64,000 bases of DNA from an uncultured Halanaerobiaceae bacterium. Lineage in GTDB: Bacteria > Bacillota > Halanaerobiia > Halanaerobiales > Halarsenatibacteraceae. The notes under the pieces are model-generated. The model saw only the letters and a program-made list of their open reading frames with translations, was not told the origin of the DNA and ran no database searches. The stretch lies in NCBI GenBank assembly GCA_964630835.1, contig CAZVZM010000001.1:60151-124150 (forward strand). The letters are read 5' to 3'. The position numbers were made by a program, and so were the translations under genes. The stretch's first letter is position 1, and each line of letters begins with the position of its first letter. Shown here piece after piece: positions 49,987 to 61,283 of the stretch.

Positions 49987-51078
49987 ATGAGCAAAAATGA
50001 TTGTAATTTAAGTTCAAAAGAAATAGAAGTTCGGAGGAGACAAAATTTAAAGGAAAAACCGGCCGATGATGATCTGACCTTTGGCAGAACATTCACTGAT
50101 CACATGTTTGTCATGGAATACAGCGGGGAGAAGGGCTGGTATGATCCTCGTATTGAACCCTATAGTTCTTTTTCCGTGGACCCGGCGGCTTCTTTCTGTC
50201 ATTACGGTCAGATGACATTTGAAGGCATGAAGGCATACCGCGGTGAAAGTGGTGAAGCTCTCCTTTTTCGTCCGAGGAAAAATGGAGAGAGATTTAATAA
50301 TTCCAATGAACGGATGTGTATTCCTCAGATGGATCCGGATTTTTTCGTTAAAGCTGTAAAAAAACTTGTGAAAGTGGATAAGGATTGGATACCGGAAAAG
50401 GAAGGAACAGCTCTCTATATTCGGCCTTTTGTAATTGCCACTGAGAGTTATCTCGGATTAAAACCTGCCGATGAATTTAAGTTTTTTATAATTGCATCAC
50501 CCGTAGGGCCCTATTATCCCGAGGGATTAAAACCCACACAAATTCTGGTGGAAACTGAATATGTGCGATCGGTCAAAGGCGGAACGGGCTTTGCCAAAAC
50601 CGGGGGAAATTATGCGGGAAGTTTAAAAGCACAGACCCGGGCCCGAAAAAAAGGATATAATGGAGTATTATGGCTGGATGCCTGCGAGAGAAAGTATATT
50701 GAAGAGGTAGGCACTATGAATGTATTTTTTAGAATTGATGATACCATAATTACCCCCGAACTGGGTGAGACAATACTCCCCGGTATCACCCGCGCTTCAG
50801 TTTTGGAGCTATTAAGAGACTGGAACGAGGAGATCGAGGAAAGGAAACTTGCTATTGAAGAGGTTTACAGTGCTTATCAGGAGGGCAAGCTGCAGGAGAT
50901 TTTTGGCACCGGCACTGCGGCGGTTATAGCACCAATCGGAAAATTGTCCTGGGAAGATAAAGACATAAAATTAGATGAAGAGGAACCGGGTCAGCTCACC
51001 CGGGAAATTTATGATTGTCTCTACGGAATACAGCGAGGCAGGGTTGAGGATAAATTTGGCTGGACTGTAGAGGTATAA
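49987..51078 (+). CDS. ilvE: Branched-chain amino acid aminotransferase
   Basis: YGQ..FEGMKAY, LYIRP, AKTGGNYA, EEVGTMN, LPGITR and GTGTAA. Start set at ATG 49987. Confidence 0.92.
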   Translation: MSKNDCNLSSKEIEVRRRQNLKEKPADDDLTFGRTFTDHMFVMEYSGEKGWYDPRIEPYSSFSVDPAASFCHYGQMTFEGMKAYRGESGEALLFRPRKNGERFNNSNERMCIPQMDPDFFVKAVKKLVKVDKDWIPEKEGTALYIRPFVIATESYLGLKPADEFKFFIIASPVGPYYPEGLKPTQILVETEYVRSVKGGTGFAKTGGNYAGSLKAQTRARKKGYNGVLWLDACERKYIEEVGTMNVFFRIDDTIITPELGETILPGITRASVLELLRDWNEEIEERKLAIEEVYSAYQEGKLQEIFGTGTAAVIAPIGKLSWEDKDIKLDEEEPGQLTREIYDCLYGIQRGRVEDKFGWTVEV

Positions 51079-51290
51079 AATATGAGGTGTAATATATCTG
51101 GTTTTCCTCACATATGGAACTTTTTCCTGAGTCTTCTTCCAGCGAATATTATTAGATGAGTATCATGGGAGTTAATCTGAGTCAAATTAACAGCCTTGCT
51201 TTTTATTTTTCGATGTATTATAATATACACCAACGAATTGATATATTATTGTCCTGAAAATATGTGGATCGACAGTTTAATATGCTCTAA

Positions 51291-52832
<1,542 letters not shown>

Positions 52833-52923
52833 AATACTTTAGTTTTGCAATGATACATTATTTTGATATAATTAATTTTGACACAGAAGAGTGCAATTAT
52901 TCCAATTGTAGTGGGGGGATTTT

Positions 52924-53700
52924 ATGGCAGATAAAAATGTTATTGATTTAAACTGTGATATGGGAGAAAGTTTTGGTGTTTATGATCTGGGCATGGATGA
53001 AGAAGTTATAAAATACGTGTCCTCAGCCAATATTGCCTGTGGATTTCACGCCGGAGATCACAATGTAATGGAAAAGACTGTTTCTCTGGCCTCTAAACAT
53101 AATGCCGGCATCGGTGCTCACCCCGCTTTTCCAGATCTTCATGGTTTTGGACGCCGGGAGATGGATATTGCTCCTGAGGAAATAAAAAATCTGCTCACCT
53201 ATCAAATCGGAGCATTATCTGCTTTTGCCAGAGCGGAAGGAAAAAAACTTCAGCATGTAAAGCCTCACGGTGCTCTTTACAATATGGCATCTCGCAATTA
53301 CGAAATAGCCGCAGCGGCTGCTGAAGCTGTAAGGGAAATTGATGAAAATTTGATTTTTGTGGCTCTCGGTGGTACCGAGCTGTATAGAGCGGCTGAATCT
53401 AAGGGACTGAGGGTGGCTTTCGAGGCTTTTGCCGACAGAGCATACAACGAGGATGGCACTCTGGCTTCAAGATCGCGCGAGGGAGCGGTTCTGGAAAATT
53501 CAGAAAAGATTAATAAGCGTGTGGTAAGAATGATTAGAGAGGGCAGAGTAAAGGCTATTTCTGGCGATGATATTTCTGTTAACCCCGATACTATATGTGT
53601 GCATGGAGATAATCCCGAGGCGCTGGAAATTGTAAAAAAGCTGGTGAAGGGAATTAAAGAAGCGGGTATTGAAATTAAGCCCATGGATCACCATCTGTGA
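52924..53700 (+). CDS. pxpA: 5-oxoprolinase subunit A (LamB/YcsF)
   Basis: DLNCDMGESFG, ANIACGFHAGD, HVKPHGALYN and TICVHGD motifs. Confidence 0.92.
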   Translation: MADKNVIDLNCDMGESFGVYDLGMDEEVIKYVSSANIACGFHAGDHNVMEKTVSLASKHNAGIGAHPAFPDLHGFGRREMDIAPEEIKNLLTYQIGALSAFARAEGKKLQHVKPHGALYNMASRNYEIAAAAAEAVREIDENLIFVALGGTELYRAAESKGLRVAFEAFADRAYNEDGTLASRSREGAVLENSEKINKRVVRMIREGRVKAISGDDISVNPDTICVHGDNPEALEIVKKLVKGIKEAGIEIKPMDHHL

Positions 53701-53810
53701 TCTCTTCCACCTGGATCGCAAATTTTCATTGAAGATGCTAGCTTCGCGTCTGATGGAGCTTATTTTCCATTATAATAAGTTATAAATTATGGTTCTTCTC
53801 TATTTATTAT

Positions 53811-53875
53811 TGGAAGCTATGAGGCGTAGTGATACTCGAAATTTTTCGAAGCCCGAGTCAGGTCCATGTACCAAA
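53811..53875 (+). repeat. Dispersed repeat, copy E
   Basis: TGGAAGCTATGAGGCGTAGTGATACTCGAAATTTTTCGAAGCCCGAGTCAGGTCCATGTACC. Confidence 0.8.
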
Positions 53876-53936
53876 ATGCGGTCCTGACTTAGAGTTTGCA
53901 GGGCAAAAATCAATATTCAGAGAAAGGAGGTGGATA

Positions 53937-54734
53937 ATGGTTTCGCAGGCAAAAAAAGAGGGGTTGGCTCCCGAAAAGGTCAGAAAAAAAATAAGAGAAG
54001 GGGAAATAACCGGACCCACACCGGGCTATGCCGGGGGTTATGCTCAGGCCAATCTGCTGATTATACCGGAAGAATATGCCTTTGATTTTTCTCTGTTTGC
54101 TTTTCGCAATCCTAAACCCTGCCCGATACTTGATATTTTGGAAGAAGGCAAATTCAGGCCACCAACAACTTCAGGAGCTGATATAAGAACTGATTTGCCT
54201 AAATACAGGATCTATGAAAAGGGAGAGCTCTCAGAGGAGACATCTGATATCAGGAATCACTGGCAGGATGATCTGGTTACTTTTTTACTTGGCTGCAGCT
54301 TTACATTTGAGCGGGCATTGCTGGAAAATAACATTCCTGTGCGTCACATAGAGGAAGATAAAAATGTGCCCATGTATGTAACAGACATAGATTGCAATTC
54401 AGCAGGTATTTTTTCAGGGCATATGGTTGTATCCATGCGTCCTCTGCCGGGAGGATTGATTTCCCGGGCGGTTGAAATCACCTCTGAATACCCCAATGTG
54501 CATGGGGCGCCAATACATATAGGAGCTCCTGAAGAAATTGGAATTGATGATATTGAAAGACCCGATTTTGGAGATACAGTTACCATTAAAGAAAATGAAA
54601 TTCCGGTATTCTGGGCCTGTGGAGTTACTCCTCAGGTGGCAGTTATGGAAAATAAACTGCCTTTCGTTATAACGCACTCTCCCGGACATATGTTCATAAC
54701 CGATATTCGCAATCGCGACCTTAAAAATCTATGA
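53937..54734 (+). CDS. DUF1445/YcsI-family putative hydro-lyase (D-glutamate cyclase-like)
   Basis: QANL, NPKPCP, DIRTDLPKY, FLLGCSFTFE and FWACGVTPQ. ATG 53937 follows AGGAGG; the longer ORF start lies within repeat E. Confidence 0.85.
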   Translation: MVSQAKKEGLAPEKVRKKIREGEITGPTPGYAGGYAQANLLIIPEEYAFDFSLFAFRNPKPCPILDILEEGKFRPPTTSGADIRTDLPKYRIYEKGELSEETSDIRNHWQDDLVTFLLGCSFTFERALLENNIPVRHIEEDKNVPMYVTDIDCNSAGIFSGHMVVSMRPLPGGLISRAVEITSEYPNVHGAPIHIGAPEEIGIDDIERPDFGDTVTIKENEIPVFWACGVTPQVAVMENKLPFVITHSPGHMFITDIRNRDLKNL

Positions 54735-54807
54735 AAGGTAAGTTCTAAGGTGCCATTATAACTAATCTAATAAGCATCAAATATAATATTTGCAAAGGAG
54801 GATTAAA

Positions 54808-56019
54808 ATGAATTTTGTCGAGAGGTTAAAACAGATTGGTCCCGGAGCGATGGTGGCGGCAGCATTTATTGGGCCTGGAACAGTGACAACAGCTACTGTG
54901 ACCGGGGCGGATCACGGCTATGTCCTGCTATGGGCGGTAGCATTTTCTATAATATCCACAATGATTTTACAGGAGTTCTCCGCCCGTCTGGGTATAGTAA
55001 GTGGAGAAGGTTTGGGAGAAGCGCTGCGAAAAGAGTTCGATAACCCGGTGATTAAAGGTGTCGCTATCTTTCTTGTTGTAGGTGCAATAGGAGTTGGTGC
55101 TGCAGCTTTTGAAACGGGCAATATTGTCGGTGGAGCTATGGGACTGGCAACTATAACTGGTGTGACTGAACAGATATGGGGGCCGATAATAGGTCTTGTA
55201 GCTCTGGCGATACTGTGGACGGGCAAATATAAAATAGTGGAAAGAGTTTTGATCGGTCTTGTAGCTCTAATGAGCCTCTCTTTTATAATCACAGCAATTG
55301 TTGTTCGGCCTGATCTGGGAGAGATTTTCACCGGTCTTTTCACCTTTTCACTTCCCGAGGGGGAGGGTCTCACCCTTGTCATTGCTCTGATTGGGACAAC
55401 GGTGGTTCCCTATAATCTATTTCTGCATGCTTCCTCGGTTCAGGATAAATGGAAGGGTGAAGAACATTTAGGGGCCGCTAGATTTGATACAATATTTTCT
55501 ATAATTATAGGCGGTTTAATTACCCTGGCAATTGTTATAACTTCTTCCGCTGTTATTCATGGCACCGGGATGGAAGTAGCCGACGCAGGAGATATGGCAA
55601 TACAGCTGGAGCCCACCCTGGGCAGATGGGCTAAGTGGTTCTTTGCCATAGGCCTGTTTGGAGCTGGATTTTCCTCTGCCGCTACAGCTCCCCTGGCCGG
55701 TGCTTATGCTACTGCAGGAGCGCTGGGATGGCCGCGAGATTTAAAGGGAACCAAATTTAGAGCTGTCCTGCTGATTATTTTGATAATTGGCGTAGTGGGT
55801 GCAGGATTGGGCATGGACCCTGTCCAGCTGATAATCTTTGCTCAGGCTGTAAACGGTATACTTCTTCCCATTTCAGCTATTTTTCTCTGGTATGTGATGA
55901 ATAATGAGGATAAGCTGGGAGAACACACAAACGGTATCGTAGCCAATATACTCGGCGGCATTGTAGTCGTTATAACAGTATTTATTGGAATTAATATGCT
56001 GATTGGAGTTTTTGGATAG
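54808..56019 (+). CDS. NRAMP-family (YcsG-like) transporter
   Basis: GPG..VAAAFIGPGTVTT and GTTVVPYNLFLH motifs; many transmembrane segments. Confidence 0.85.
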   Translation: MNFVERLKQIGPGAMVAAAFIGPGTVTTATVTGADHGYVLLWAVAFSIISTMILQEFSARLGIVSGEGLGEALRKEFDNPVIKGVAIFLVVGAIGVGAAAFETGNIVGGAMGLATITGVTEQIWGPIIGLVALAILWTGKYKIVERVLIGLVALMSLSFIITAIVVRPDLGEIFTGLFTFSLPEGEGLTLVIALIGTTVVPYNLFLHASSVQDKWKGEEHLGAARFDTIFSIIIGGLITLAIVITSSAVIHGTGMEVADAGDMAIQLEPTLGRWAKWFFAIGLFGAGFSSAATAPLAGAYATAGALGWPRDLKGTKFRAVLLIILIIGVVGAGLGMDPVQLIIFAQAVNGILLPISAIFLWYVMNNEDKLGEHTNGIVANILGGIVVVITVFIGINMLIGVFG

Positions 56020-56091
56020 TTGTTTCAGAAAAAGATTATTTTGAGAAAAGTATTTTCCAGGTTTACTATACTGGCTGATTAAAAGGGAAAG

Positions 56092-56121
56092 CCCCCTGTC
56101 GATTTGAAAGTCGGCAGGGGG
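56092..56121 (+). other. GC-rich stem-loop between the transporter gene and pxpB
   Basis: CCCCCTGTCGA-tttgaaag-TCGGCAGGGGG; only a weak T-tract follows. Confidence 0.45.
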
Positions 56122-56181
56122 AGTTATTAACTTTCAGTTTTTTAAACTCTGCTGTCTGAAATTTTTCGGGGGGATTACTTT

Positions 56182-56892
56182 ATGCCTTCCTGCAAATATG
56201 TAGGTGACAGGGGTATTCTGGTCGAATTTTCTCCAGAAATTTCCTATGAGGTTAATGAAAAAGTTCGGGGACTTGATTATGCTCTGCAGGAGGAGGGCCT
56301 GCCGGGCATTGAAGAGATCATTCCCACATATCGCTCACTGCTGATACTTTTTGATCCCTGCTCAGTTAAAAGAGAAGAGATAATGTCTGAGATTGAGTCA
56401 ACGGCTGAATCCATGCAATCAATTAAATTTCCCGATCCCCGGATTGTAGAGATACCTGTAAAATATGGAGGGGAGTTTGGACCGGATCTGGAGTTTGTGG
56501 CCAGCTATAATAATCTGAACAAATCTGAAGTTATTGATATTCACACCGGGGGAGAATACAGAGTTTACATGCTGGGTTTCACCCCGGGCTTTCCCTATCT
56601 GGGAGGAATGTCAGAGGAGATTGCCACTCCCAGGCTGGATAGCCCCAGAGAAAAAATAGCCGGAGGCAGTGTAGGTATCGCCGGGGATCAGACGGGGATA
56701 TATCCCATTTCCAGCCCCGGGGGATGGCGTCTGATTGGCAGGACTCCTCTGGATTTGTTTTCTCCAGAGAGAGAAGAGCCATTTCTGCTTCAGGTGGGAG
56801 ATATTCTTCATTTTAATTCCATTTCTGAGGGTAAATTTAATGAAATAAGAAGCAGGGTTAAATCCGAGAACTTTACTGTCAGTGTCAAATAA
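56182..56892 (+). CDS. pxpB: 5-oxoprolinase subunit B (KipI)
   Basis: GDRGILVEF, GFTPGFPYLG and QTGIYPISSPGGWRLIGRTP motifs. Confidence 0.92.
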   Translation: MPSCKYVGDRGILVEFSPEISYEVNEKVRGLDYALQEEGLPGIEEIIPTYRSLLILFDPCSVKREEIMSEIESTAESMQSIKFPDPRIVEIPVKYGGEFGPDLEFVASYNNLNKSEVIDIHTGGEYRVYMLGFTPGFPYLGGMSEEIATPRLDSPREKIAGGSVGIAGDQTGIYPISSPGGWRLIGRTPLDLFSPEREEPFLLQVGDILHFNSISEGKFNEIRSRVKSENFTVSVK

Positions 56893-57154
56893 AATATTAT
56901 AAGCATCTTTTAACAGAGGGGTTTAAGCAGAGGAGTTGAAAGTTTAAATTCAGTTATATTATGCTTATCGGGGCGATAATTTTTTTAATGATTGCACCGG
57001 AAAAGCTTTTGGCCGATTATTTAATTTGCAGTTTGCATATTATGCCGGGGATTATAAACACAAAATTTTGATGATAAAAATTTTGTGCAGTGTCACAATC
57101 TAATTTAAAGCTATATACTTGAAAAATCTAAAAAAATTTTTGGAGGAATTAATT

Positions 57155-58195
57155 TTGCCTGCTGTAAAAATTTTAAAATCCGGTCCTCTCACCACTGTCC
57201 AGGATGAGGGCAGAAAAGGATATCAGCGTTTTGGGATGCCGGTGGCCGGAGCTATGGATAAAATTTCTTATCGGGCTGCCAATTTGCTGGCTGGAAATAA
57301 TAGAGGAGCAGCGGTTCTGGAATTCACAATGGAGGGGCCTGATCTGAAGTTTCGCTCCGATAGTATAATCTCTATCACCGGAGGAGATTTTTCTCCTCGA
57401 TTAAATGGCTGTAAGATACCCATGTGGCAGACTATCTACGTTCCCGCCGGGGCCAGGCTGAAGATAGGGACCGTCGAAGCCGGATTGAGAGGATACATAG
57501 CTTTTAAAGGCGGTCTGGATATCGAAGAAAAAATGGACAGCAAATCGACTTATTTAAAGGGCAAAATAGGAGGATATAAGGGCAGAAAATTGCAAAAGGA
57601 TGATCTGATAAAGTTGAATAGGGAAGTTACCACTGGTGAATATTGCGAAAGAATATTTCCCCGTCAACATATTCCGGAATATAAAGGTCACGTAGAGGCA
57701 GGTGTAATCTTAGGCCCTCAGGATGATCATTTTACTGAAAAAGGCATAAAAGCATTTTTAAAGGAAAGATATTCGGTGACTTCACAGGCTGACAGGATGG
57801 GTTACCGCCTTGAGGGCCCTGAGATAAATCACAGAGATGAGGAAAGCGCAGATATCATATCTGATGGCATTCCACCTGGTGCGGTTCAGGTTCCAGGACA
57901 TAAAAACCCAATAATAATGATGGCTGACAGGCAGACCACGGGGGGATATCCCAAGATTGCTTCGGTGACATCAGTAGATCTGTCCCGGATAGCTCAGTTG
58001 AAGCCCGGGGAAACAGTATCATTCAAAGAAGTTAGTCTGAAAGAAGCTCAGGAATTGCTGGAGGAAGAAGAGAATAGTTTTAATGAAATTGAAGAGCGAG
58101 AGTTTAAATTGAAGGAGGATAGATTTTACAGAATTAAACTGGAGGATAGGAGTTATAATGTGCGGGTGGAGGAAAAAGAAATTGAAGAGAATTGA
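57155..58195 (+). CDS. pxpC: 5-oxoprolinase subunit C (KipA)
   Basis: TTVQDEGR.G, GPQDDHF, DRMGYRL and DRQTTGGYPKI. Probable TTG start at 57155. Confidence 0.9.
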   Translation: MPAVKILKSGPLTTVQDEGRKGYQRFGMPVAGAMDKISYRAANLLAGNNRGAAVLEFTMEGPDLKFRSDSIISITGGDFSPRLNGCKIPMWQTIYVPAGARLKIGTVEAGLRGYIAFKGGLDIEEKMDSKSTYLKGKIGGYKGRKLQKDDLIKLNREVTTGEYCERIFPRQHIPEYKGHVEAGVILGPQDDHFTEKGIKAFLKERYSVTSQADRMGYRLEGPEINHRDEESADIISDGIPPGAVQVPGHKNPIIMMADRQTTGGYPKIASVTSVDLSRIAQLKPGETVSFKEVSLKEAQELLEEEENSFNEIEEREFKLKEDRFYRIKLEDRSYNVRVEEKEIEEN

Positions 58196-58507
58196 GAGAT
58201 ACGAAGGAGGGAAAATAAATATCTTTCTAGAAATTAATGAACAGCAGACTTACTTCATTTTTAATTAATTTAAATTATTCCTAATGCCAATTATTCACGG
58301 GGAGGGATCCCCTTTTCTTTTTTTAATGTTAGCATGAAGATTTTAGCTTTTTCTCCATATCGATTATTAAATTTTGATTTAGTTCAACCGCATTTAGGAA
58401 ATATGTCTGCCCTGCTTTTATATTTTTAATTATACAGAAAGTTTTTAAACAAAGTTTCCGGCGACAGGTCATATTTTTAGCAGGAGAAGATGGAGGTAGA
58501 TACAACA

Positions 58508-60697
58508 ATGTCATATGATATTGATAAGAAGGAGCAGGCCCTGCTGGCAGATGAACTGGAGATTAGCAAATCTCAACTGGAAACTGTAAAGGAACTTATG
58601 AATGATGGAAATACTATACCGTTTTTAGCTCGTTACCGCAAGGAGCAGACGGGAGGCCTGGATGAAAATAAACTGAGGGAAGTCCAGGAAAAGCTCGATT
58701 ATTTCAGCCGGCTGCAGGAGAAAAAAAATGAGGTAAAAGAAAAAATTGCCGATCAGGATAAGCTAAGCCCCGAATTGAAAAACAAAATTGATAATGCCGA
58801 GACTCTGCAGGAAGTCGATGATATATATTTCCCCTATAAATCCCGGCGGAAAACCAGGGCCGATAAAGCACGGGAAAAGGGGTTAAAACCTCTCGCCGAT
58901 CTTATCATAGAACAGAAAGCAGATTTTCAGAAATTAAAAGAGGAGGCAAAGGGGCTGGCCTCATCGGAGGAGGAGCTATCCGGTAAAGAGGAGGCGCTGG
59001 AAGGTGCAAAGGATATTCTGGCCGATCGACTGGCCGCAGATCCCGATTTAAAGGAGCTATCCCGGCTGCTCTGTCAGGAGGAATCCAGACTGGTCAGCAG
59101 AGTTAAGAACGAGGAAAAAGATGAAAAGGGAGTTTATGAACAGTATTACGATTTTTCTCAATGCGTGCAAGAGATCCCTCCCTTTCGGGTTCTGGCTCTC
59201 AATCGGGGCGAGGAGGAGGATATTCTTTCCGTTAAGGTAGAGCATCCCCGGGAAAAAATAACAACCAGGCTGGAAGAGGAGATTATTGATGTAGATTCGA
59301 CTGTTCCGGAGCTGTTAAAGGATATAATTGATGATGCTTTTCGCAGACTGCAGGGGCCAGCTCTGGCCAGAGAAATTCGATCCCGACTGACTGAGAAAGC
59401 GGAAGCTCATGCTCGAGAAATTTTCTCTAAAAATGTTGAGGCCTTGCTCATGCAGAGCCCCATGCCCGATAAAACTATCCTGGGAATTGATCCTGCATTT
59501 AGAACCGGGTGCAAACTTGCTGCCATAGATCAGGAGGGGAGTGTCATTGAAACAGGTGAAATTTACCCCCATCCTCCTCAGGGAAAATGGGATGAGGCTC
59601 TGAAAAAGCTGGGAAAATTGATTGAGGATTATGGAGTGGATGTTATAGCTTTAGGCAATGGCACGGCTTCTCGAGAAACTGACAGGCTGCTCTCGGAGCT
59701 CAATGAGATGACAGATCTTGACGTCCCCTATACAATTGTGAGTGAAGATGGAGCTTCTGTATATTCCGCTTCGGAACTGGCCGGAAAGGAGCTTCCCGAA
59801 CTTGATGTCAGCATGCGAGGGGCGGTGTCTATCGCCCGGCGTCTGCAGGATCCTCTGGCAGAACTTGTAAAGATTGATCCCCGATCGCTGGGTGTTGGTC
59901 TCTACCAGCATGATATCGATGAGAAGGCTCTGCTGGAGGAGCTGGAGGTGGTTGTGGAATCAGCGGTCAATCGAGTGGGAGTTGATCTCAATACCGCTTC
60001 GCCGGCTCTCCTTTCTTATGTTGCCGGGATAAATTCCGCTCAAAGCAGCAAGATATTTGATCATCGCGAAAACAATGGTCCTTTTACGGAGAGAAAGCAG
60101 CTTTTGGAAGTGAAAGGGATTGGTCCAAAAACATTCGAGCAGGCTGCCGGTTTCCTGCGCCTTTACAGCCCGGAAGATCCTCTGGCCAGGACTCCAATTC
60201 ATCCTGAATCCTATGAGGCAGCGGAGATGCTTTTTAAGAAGATAGATTTTTCTGAAGAGAAACTGATCAGCCGGGAAGAAGAAATAAAACAGGAGTTGAG
60301 AGAAAAACTCAGACCCCTGGTGCCCCGTATGAAGGAGATCGCTGAAGAACTCGATGTAGGTCTTCCCACGCTTCGAGACATTATATCATCCCTTCAGGCC
60401 CCGGATCGAGATCCCCGATCGCAGTTCACACGGCCTATATTCAGGACGGAAATAAAGGAGCTTTCGGATATAAATGAGGGAGAGGTGCTGCCCGGCACTG
60501 TGCGAAATGTAGTCGATTTTGGAGCTTTTGTGGATGTTGGGCTTAAAGTGGATGGTCTGATACATATCTCGGAACTGGCCGAGCATTATGTCGATGATCC
60601 CCTTCAGGTAGTCAGTGTTGGAGATACTGTTAAGGTAAAAGTGCTGGAAGTGGATGAACGTCGTGAGAGAATATCTTTAAGCCGGCGGGGAATTTAG
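58508..60697 (+). CDS. tex: Tex-family RNA-binding transcription accessory protein
   Basis: TIPFLARYRKE.TG, GIDPAFRTGCK, IGNGTASRE-like LGNGTASRE, SIARRLQDPLAELVKIDP and a C-terminal S1 domain. Confidence 0.93.
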   Translation: MSYDIDKKEQALLADELEISKSQLETVKELMNDGNTIPFLARYRKEQTGGLDENKLREVQEKLDYFSRLQEKKNEVKEKIADQDKLSPELKNKIDNAETLQEVDDIYFPYKSRRKTRADKAREKGLKPLADLIIEQKADFQKLKEEAKGLASSEEELSGKEEALEGAKDILADRLAADPDLKELSRLLCQEESRLVSRVKNEEKDEKGVYEQYYDFSQCVQEIPPFRVLALNRGEEEDILSVKVEHPREKITTRLEEEIIDVDSTVPELLKDIIDDAFRRLQGPALAREIRSRLTEKAEAHAREIFSKNVEALLMQSPMPDKTILGIDPAFRTGCKLAAIDQEGSVIETGEIYPHPPQGKWDEALKKLGKLIEDYGVDVIALGNGTASRETDRLLSELNEMTDLDVPYTIVSEDGASVYSASELAGKELPELDVSMRGAVSIARRLQDPLAELVKIDPRSLGVGLYQHDIDEKALLEELEVVVESAVNRVGVDLNTASPALLSYVAGINSAQSSKIFDHRENNGPFTERKQLLEVKGIGPKTFEQAAGFLRLYSPEDPLARTPIHPESYEAAEMLFKKIDFSEEKLISREEEIKQELREKLRPLVPRMKEIAEELDVGLPTLRDIISSLQAPDRDPRSQFTRPIFRTEIKELSDINEGEVLPGTVRNVVDFGAFVDVGLKVDGLIHISELAEHYVDDPLQVVSVGDTVKVKVLEVDERRERISLSRRGI

Positions 60698-60749
60698 CCT
60701 TTAAGCTAAGTTATCTAAATTGTTGGATAATGTTCTTGTGTTTACCGCT

Positions 60750-60845
60750 TATACTGGAGGAAACACGAAGGTGGTCGGGGACATGCTCGCATCCTCCCGA
60801 CCACCTTCGTGTCAGCTCCAGTGTCCTCCGCTTCTGACCTGATAA
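60750..60845. other. GC-rich structured intergenic element (candidate ncRNA or repeat)
   Basis: Perfect 17-bp stem 60763-60779/60796-60812, with further CTGGAG/CTCCAG pairing and no T-tract. Confidence 0.45.
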
Positions 60846-61057
60846 ATTACACTCATTTCTGAATATATCCATGTTCCGGCAATAATTATACATTATTTTT
60901 TACTTTTGCAGGAAATAATGGAGTTGAGGCATAAAATAATAGTTGAAGACCATTATAATTGTAGTTTGCTTTTTTGAATTTTCAGGCGTATTATCTTCTG
61001 GCTCTCCCTGATAAAAATTGTTGCTTCTTTAAAATTCACTTTTATAATGTTTGTTTC

Positions 61058-61168
61058 TGGAAAGTAAGGGGTGATGTGATACTGGAAATTTTTCGAGGAC
61101 CGAATCAGGCTAAAGACTAAACTTAAGCAGAGGAAAAATTTCATTGTAAGCGGAGCCTCATAGCTTTC
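61058..61168 (+). repeat. Dispersed repeat, copy F (most complete)
   Basis: GTGATACTGGAAATTTTTCGAG..CTAAACTTAAGCAGAGGAAAAATTTCATTGTAAGCGGAGCCTCATAGCTTTC; carries both the left and right modules. Confidence 0.8.
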
Positions 61169-61283
61169 TCCAACAACTGATGTGGAGAAGAACCACAGTT
61201 TTTAAGTGTTTGAAATTTTTTATCATGATATGAGAGCTGAAGTTTTTGATTAAGAACAGAAAATATTTAGAGGAGATGATAAA

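Noticed and set aside
60750-60860. Minus-strand element as a SAM-I riboswitch or 6S RNA
   Set aside because: TTATC..GATAA and GCGGAGG..CTGG are superficially similar, but the GCAAC and GGTGC cores are missing, no met/SAM gene follows, and I could not see 6S consensus blocks.
60711-60893. 60-aa minus-strand ORF over the hairpin
   Set aside because: No RBS or recognisable domain; it overlaps structured, low-complexity intergenic DNA.
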